A stretch of 45,310 nt of DNA from a virus: the IMG/VR virus record IMGVR_UViG_3300045988_086497, positions 1-45,310 of that record; one strand, given 5' to 3'. A program made the translations under genes and the position numbers. Below are positions 41,038 through 45,310 of this stretch, piece by piece. The notes beneath the pieces were generated by a model. It was given only the letters and a program-made list of their open reading frames with translations, was not told where the DNA came from and did no database searches. Numbering within the stretch: position 1 is the first letter of the stretch; each line of letters starts with the position of its first letter.

Positions 41038-41275
41038 ATCAGCAGCTAAACACTGCGTCATATTTTGCAAACATCAAGATGAAACACCGCTTGATGTGTT
41101 GGAAAAGTTCATTGAATGGACGAAAGAAAAAAATATTAAAAGCTATATTGAGATTAGCAAGATGTTACATACGACACCAAAAGAAGCAAATCAATTATTA
41201 AATCTTGCAGTCTTACCAGATGACAGAATTGTTAAACGAATGAAAGAGGTAATGCATGAAAGTAAATGTATTTAA
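41015..41275 (+). CDS. Hypothetical protein
   Basis: Overlapping ORF in the operon. Confidence 0.5.
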   Translation: MGTVNTNKSAAKHCVIFCKHQDETPLDVLEKFIEWTKEKNIKSYIEISKMLHTTPKEANQLLNLAVLPDDRIVKRMKEVMHESKCI

Positions 41276-41687
41276 ATTTACCGACACTAAAACGGGTGAG
41301 ACATACACAGGTTCGATTGAAGATTATTACAAGCATTTAAACATTGCGAAAGCAACGTTGGAAAGTCGTATATACAGAAAACGAGTTATCAGAGAGTGGC
41401 TAGGCTATAAAGATAATGGCAAAGGCGCTGTACGTTTGACGACTTACACAGACATTAGAACTGGTAAAAGTATCTTCGGAACGAAAATGGATGCGCAACG
41501 ATTTTTTGGAATGACGTGGCAAGCGCTGGACATTAATATTAAAAGCGGTCTGATAGCGACTGAACCTAGTGTTAAGACGAAAGAAACTGAACCGAAAGTT
41601 AGAAAGATTGATAAGAAGTCTGACAGCAAGACGAAACGTGTGCTAAATAAGTGCTATTTAGAGCATGCGTTAGTTTTAGGCGTGTAG
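41256..41687 (+). CDS. Protein with two NUMOD/IENR-like DNA-binding repeats and a basic tail, no nuclease domain seen
   Basis: Internal repeat TDTKTGETYTGSIEDYYKHLNIAKATLESRI / TDIRTGKSIFGTKMDAQRFFGMTWQALDINI. Confidence 0.55.
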   Translation: MKVNVFKFTDTKTGETYTGSIEDYYKHLNIAKATLESRIYRKRVIREWLGYKDNGKGAVRLTTYTDIRTGKSIFGTKMDAQRFFGMTWQALDINIKSGLIATEPSVKTKETEPKVRKIDKKSDSKTKRVLNKCYLEHALVLGV

Positions 41688-41818
41688 AATCGATTTTAAG
41701 GTCTGTAACGTGCTATTTTATGGACGAAATGAAACATGAAATATTTTCTTGATAAATTATAAGGCTAAGTAGTAGAACTTGCAGAAACTAACAAGATGTT
41801 AACGAGGAGAAGTAAAAA

Positions 41819-42106
41819 ATGTATTTACCAGAAGAGCGTGAAACGGTTATCCGTTTTGATGAATTAGATAATGCTTGGTATTTTGAAACAAGCGTAAGAA
41901 AACATATTACTAAAATTGAAAAGCGTATTGAGCTTTACGAGATTTTAGATGAGGAATTTGATAAACGTGGCAATCGAATTTATATTCGTGCAAAAATGCT
42001 AGACGCAGGTATTAGTCCATTTGCTAAACCAAAACGAAAACTAACAGACGAGCAAAGACAAGCAATGTCTGAACGTGCTAAAACACGTTTTAAGGTCACA
42101 GAGTAA
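41819..42106 (+). CDS. Hypothetical protein
   Basis: GAGGAG RBS. Confidence 0.6.
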   Translation: MYLPEERETVIRFDELDNAWYFETSVRKHITKIEKRIELYEILDEEFDKRGNRIYIRAKMLDAGISPFAKPKRKLTDEQRQAMSERAKTRFKVTE

Positions 42107-42392
42107 AAGAAGATGTTACTCAGAGCAAACTGGAACGTGCGAATTATGTTTTGGCTCAAGGTGGTGTGATAATCCAGTTTTAACTTTTGAAAATCCAGAT
42201 GGTGAACGTATTGAAATCGATGGTTACTATTGGAGCTGGGGTGATTATCTTGAAATTAGGATTGACAACTATTTGAATTTTTCTGATTGGTTTTCAAAAC
42301 AAGATGTCGATTGGAATGTGCTAACAGACGATGGTTATGAGTATTTAGCGGATTTAGTTTGTTTGTATAGAGAGGAAAATGAAAATGATTAG
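42075..42392 (+). CDS. Hypothetical protein (start uncertain)
   Basis: ORF with no clear RBS at the annotated start. Confidence 0.45.
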   Translation: MLKHVLRSQSKRRCYSEQTGTCELCFGSRWCDNPVLTFENPDGERIEIDGYYWSWGDYLEIRIDNYLNFSDWFSKQDVDWNVLTDDGYEYLADLVCLYREENEND

Positions 42393-42555
42393 CATCTATT
42401 TAGTGATTTTAGCTTGGCTGACATTTCCAATGTTTACGATTTACGACAAGAAGAAACGAGTAAGATTTTGGATGTGTGGTCTGCTTTACTATCTTATTGA
42501 TACAATTAAAGCTTATTTTAATCAGAAAGAAACAAAAGGTGAAGATGATGAATAA
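42379..42555 (+). CDS. Small membrane protein (58 aa)
   Basis: GAGAGGAAA then ATG; two hydrophobic segments; below the track cutoff. Confidence 0.4.
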   Translation: MKMISIYLVILAWLTFPMFTIYDKKKRVRFWMCGLLYYLIDTIKAYFNQKETKGEDDE

Positions 42556-42685
42556 AAAAGCAAAGGCAGAATTACCAAAATGGTGGAACGACATTACATT
42601 TAAAATTGTTGAAAAGAAAACAGTTACAACACAATTGGCTGGCAAAGAGCCAAAAGGCAGCATTGCTGACGAGGTTATCAAATGA
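42545..42685 (+). CDS. Small basic protein (46 aa), ATGA-coupled to the methylase
   Basis: AAAGGTGAAG then ATG at 42545. Confidence 0.45.
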   Translation: MMNKKAKAELPKWWNDITFKIVEKKTVTTQLAGKEPKGSIADEVIK

Positions 42686-43590
42686 AGGAGCATAACAATC
42701 GTAAGAAAGCTAATCAATTTGCCGAATACATTACAGGCAAAGAGCTGAGAAAATATTTAGCTGACAAAATTAATAAATACTGTGGTGGATCTGTGTCAGT
42801 ATTCGATGGCGCTGCAGGTTCAGGACAACTAGAGCAATATTTAAACCTTAAAGAATTTCACGCTGTTGAAATTCAAGAAGAGGCTTGCGAAGCACTGAAA
42901 TACAATTATCCAAAAGCGGTTGTCAGCAACACAAGTTTCTTTCAATACGACAGCGACTATCAAGCTGACGCTGTCGCCATGAATCCACCGTTTTCATTGA
43001 AATTCAAAGACTTATCTGAAGATGACAGACAAGCGATTCAATTAGAATTTCCTTGGAAAAAATCAGGCGTGGTCGACGATGTATTCATGCTAAAAGCGAT
43101 GAAATACACAAAACGTTTTGGATTCTTTATCATGTTTCCTGGCATTGCCTACAGGGGTGCTGAAAAGAAAATGAGGAAGCTGATTGGGAATCGATTGGCA
43201 GAGTTGAATGCTGTTCGAAATGGTTTTGAGGATACAAATATTGAAGTCCTTTTCTTAGTCATTGACAAGGAAAAGACGAATTCAGATGTGCATAGAGAAA
43301 TCTACGACGCTAAATTGAAAAAGGCGGTGTATATAGATGGCTGTCAACTATCAGACGACTACCATTGGGAAATACCTCGTGAACCTCCGGTCAAGGAAGA
43401 AATAGACATCGATGCGGTGAATAAGGAATTGGATGATTTGGCGGTCAATCATTTGGAAAAACATTTGATGACAAATCTGTTGGTTATCCAGCAGTTTCAA
43501 GCCGACATTGATTATCTCGCTTTCATCCGCAGGTGTAGGGACTTGCTAGACCAATACGAAACTTACTATCGATTTGGAGCATCTGTATGA
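42682..43590 (+). CDS. N6-adenine DNA methyltransferase (compact HsdM-like)
   Basis: VFDGAAGSGQL (motif I), AMNPPF (motif IV). Confidence 0.85.
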   Translation: MKEHNNRKKANQFAEYITGKELRKYLADKINKYCGGSVSVFDGAAGSGQLEQYLNLKEFHAVEIQEEACEALKYNYPKAVVSNTSFFQYDSDYQADAVAMNPPFSLKFKDLSEDDRQAIQLEFPWKKSGVVDDVFMLKAMKYTKRFGFFIMFPGIAYRGAEKKMRKLIGNRLAELNAVRNGFEDTNIEVLFLVIDKEKTNSDVHREIYDAKLKKAVYIDGCQLSDDYHWEIPREPPVKEEIDIDAVNKELDDLAVNHLEKHLMTNLLVIQQFQADIDYLAFIRRCRDLLDQYETYYRFGASV

Positions 43591-44132
43591 CGCCGAAAGA
43601 AGTAAAGAAACATAAATTACTTGATGTTTGTGAACTCGTACCAGGAACTCGAGGGACTAAGTCAAAAACAGGTATTTTCCCAATATACGGAGCTGGTCTA
43701 AAGCCAACGGGTATGAGCGATGAAGCAAATTCCCCAGCGGGCAGCATTCGGCTGACCAGAAAAGGCTCTGTTGGCGATGTTTATCTACATAATGAACCAT
43801 TTTGGGCTGGGGGCGATTGTTTTATCGTAGAAGCCAAAGAAGAGGTGATTGACAAGATGTATTTGCTGCATTGGCTACTGATGAAGCAGAAGGAGTTAGC
43901 TGCGTGCGCTGAAGGTACTACCATTCCTAGATTAAATTTCCATCAATTAAGCTTTCTAGAGATAGAGGTGCCCGACATAGAATACCAGAAGGAGTCCGTG
44001 GCTTTGCTAGAGGAATTCTTGGACGGCTCAGAATGGTTTATACAGTCTATACCAACGGAAATAGACTTGTTACAAAGAAAAGCGCGAGGGCATTTTGATG
44101 CTTATATAAACAAACTAGTAACGAGTAAATGA
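43587..44132 (+). CDS. Half-size type I specificity subunit (single-TRD HsdS-like)
   Basis: KLLDVCELVPG... TRD start and IEVPDIEYQKESVALLEEF conserved-helix region; ATGA-coupled to the methylase. Confidence 0.8.
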   Translation: MTPKEVKKHKLLDVCELVPGTRGTKSKTGIFPIYGAGLKPTGMSDEANSPAGSIRLTRKGSVGDVYLHNEPFWAGGDCFIVEAKEEVIDKMYLLHWLLMKQKELAACAEGTTIPRLNFHQLSFLEIEVPDIEYQKESVALLEEFLDGSEWFIQSIPTEIDLLQRKARGHFDAYINKLVTSK

Positions 44133-44213
44133 AATTTAATTTAGTGGTTATCAACTGTTAGTTGACTACCGCGAACTATCAATAATTAGTTGACGGTTGG
44201 AAGTGAGGAAGGT

Positions 44214-44780
44214 ATGAATAAACAAGAAGTGATTAAAGAATTGGAAGAAAATAAGCGTGATTATAAAGCTACAGCATTAGACATACACTGGAATAATGCT
44301 TTAAACGTAGCTATTAACATTATCGAACAACTTAACGAGCCAGAAAAAGTGGTAGTGTCTAAGCTAGAAGCTGAATGGCTTGACAAACTAAAAGCATACT
44401 ACAGACACAGAGAAGACCGATTGTATGTCATAACACGCCAAGGTTGGGGAAATGATTTTTGTTTTAGCTGCCATGGGGAACAAATTGAACTATCATACAA
44501 GCCATATGAAGGGAAAGAAGACATTGAAAGTGTAAAACGTCGTCTAATAAATGCTATTCTTTACGGCTATGAAGTTGAGAAAGAAGAGCTGTATACAGCA
44601 AGATTGAAATCAACTGGTGAATATCTATACTATGATAAAGACTATGGAAATGCTTATCATATGAGTGTATGTGATAATATACCACAAAAAGTAAAAGGTT
44701 ATCACTTTACTGAAGAGGAGCTAATTGAATATTTTGCTTGGGAAAATGAAGCTTATGAAATCGAAGAGGTAGAAGAATGA
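44214..44780 (+). CDS. DUF1642-like phage protein
   Basis: GAGGAAGG then ATG 44214; composition and position typical of Lactobacillales phage early genes. Confidence 0.5.
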   Translation: MNKQEVIKELEENKRDYKATALDIHWNNALNVAINIIEQLNEPEKVVVSKLEAEWLDKLKAYYRHREDRLYVITRQGWGNDFCFSCHGEQIELSYKPYEGKEDIESVKRRLINAILYGYEVEKEELYTARLKSTGEYLYYDKDYGNAYHMSVCDNIPQKVKGYHFTEEELIEYFAWENEAYEIEEVEE

Positions 44781-45130
44781 CAATACCAAAATTTAGAGCG
44801 TGGGATGAAGATTCTCAAAAAATGAATGGGAATGTTGAAATCTATGTTGCTAAAGATAAAACAATTGAAGTACGTCCCAAAGACGATAAGACTATCGTTA
44901 TGCAATCAACAGGGCTGTTTGATAAGAACGACAAAGAAATTTTCGAGAGCGACATTGTAAAAGTTTTAAATTCGCTATATACCGTTTTTTACGATAGCGA
45001 AAAAGGCAGTTTTAGACTTAAGCCGCACGACAAGCGCTGGCATACAGATTATATGTCAAACTTTTCTAACGGCGGAAATTTTGAAATTATTGGAAATATG
45101 TACGAAGGAGTAAGTGATGATAATAGTTAA
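44777..45130 (+). CDS. YopX-family protein
   Basis: IPKFRAWDE..., QSTGLFDKNDKEIFESDIV, EIIGNMYE. Confidence 0.8.
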   Translation: MTIPKFRAWDEDSQKMNGNVEIYVAKDKTIEVRPKDDKTIVMQSTGLFDKNDKEIFESDIVKVLNSLYTVFYDSEKGSFRLKPHDKRWHTDYMSNFSNGGNFEIIGNMYEGVSDDNS

Positions 45131-45310
45131 CATTGGAAAAGAAACAGAACTGTTTAAGACAGTTGAAGAAAATTTAGAATTTTTAGGTTTTGAGTTTTCT
45201 GTTAAGAAAGCTTGGAGCAGAGAACTGTTAGAAGAGTGTATTAAACATGATTATGAATTTGCTTCGAGCTACTACATGCCAAAAATTAGAAAACTTAATT
45301 TTTCACAAGC
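45117..45310 (+). CDS. Hypothetical protein, N-terminal part of junction-spanning ORF (continues at 56..197)
   Basis: ATG 45117 overlapping the YopX gene end; frame open to the window edge and in phase with 3..197. Confidence 0.5.
   Translation, partial: MIIVNIGKETELFKTVEENLEFLGFEFSVKKAWSRELLEECIKHDYEFASSYYMPKIRKLNFSQ
45256..45310. repeat. Terminal duplication copy 2 (identical to 1..55)
   Basis: 55/55 nt identity between the window start and end. Confidence 0.95.

Larger units (their letters stand above)
1..45310. mobile_element. Complete temperate siphovirus / prophage-type genome, circularly permuted (unique length 45,255 bp)
   Basis: Full set of packaging, head, tail, lysis, lysogeny and replication modules; identical 55-nt ends; ORF spans the join. 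Confidence 0.9.

Overview
The window is a complete, circularly closed temperate siphovirus (prophage-type) genome from a low-GC Gram-positive host. Host-type clues point to Lactobacillales: an ImmR/ImmA-type switch, an ArpU-type late regulator, a GH25+LysM endolysin with a signal peptide, an oversized Dit, and DUF1642/YopX-type early genes. The first 55 nt recur exactly as the last 55 nt and an ORF reads across the join, so the unique genome is 45,255 bp and the linear ends are arbitrary. Layout: late-regulator region with ArpU-like gene (1-2.1 kb); packaging, head, tail, lysis (2.5-24.8 kb, + strand); accessory island between endolysin and integrase (24.8-29.2 kb); lysogeny module with integrase, ImmA-like protease, XRE repressor (29.2-31.6 kb, - strand); divergent switch with four copies of an ATACGAA-N2-TTCGTAT operator; early/replication genes (31.8-45.3 kb) with a Sak4-like ATPase, SF2 helicase, prim-pol, D5-like primase/helicase, a putative iteron origin, VRR-NUC, a compact C5-MTase-like gene, and an N6A methylase plus half-size HsdS with no restriction subunit. 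The most unusual part is the accessory island. It is a stack of autonomous promoter/terminator cassettes. These hold a Panacea (PanA/DUF4065) antitoxin with an unassigned partner, and three ORF-free transcription units. One unit is about 650 nt, is closed by a 29-bp terminal helix, and is a candidate large ornate ncRNA (ROOL/GOLLD-like context). The island also has two hydrophobic micro-peptides with a convergent antisense promoter (type I TA-like) and three strongly acidic small proteins driven by a triplicated near-consensus promoter module. A near-canonical tRNA-Lys(UUU)-like gene sits in a small insertion in the head module, and an isolated tRNA T-arm fragment lies in a 374-nt non-coding region upstream of the late regulator. 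All functional calls rest on motifs read by eye; no database search was possible.
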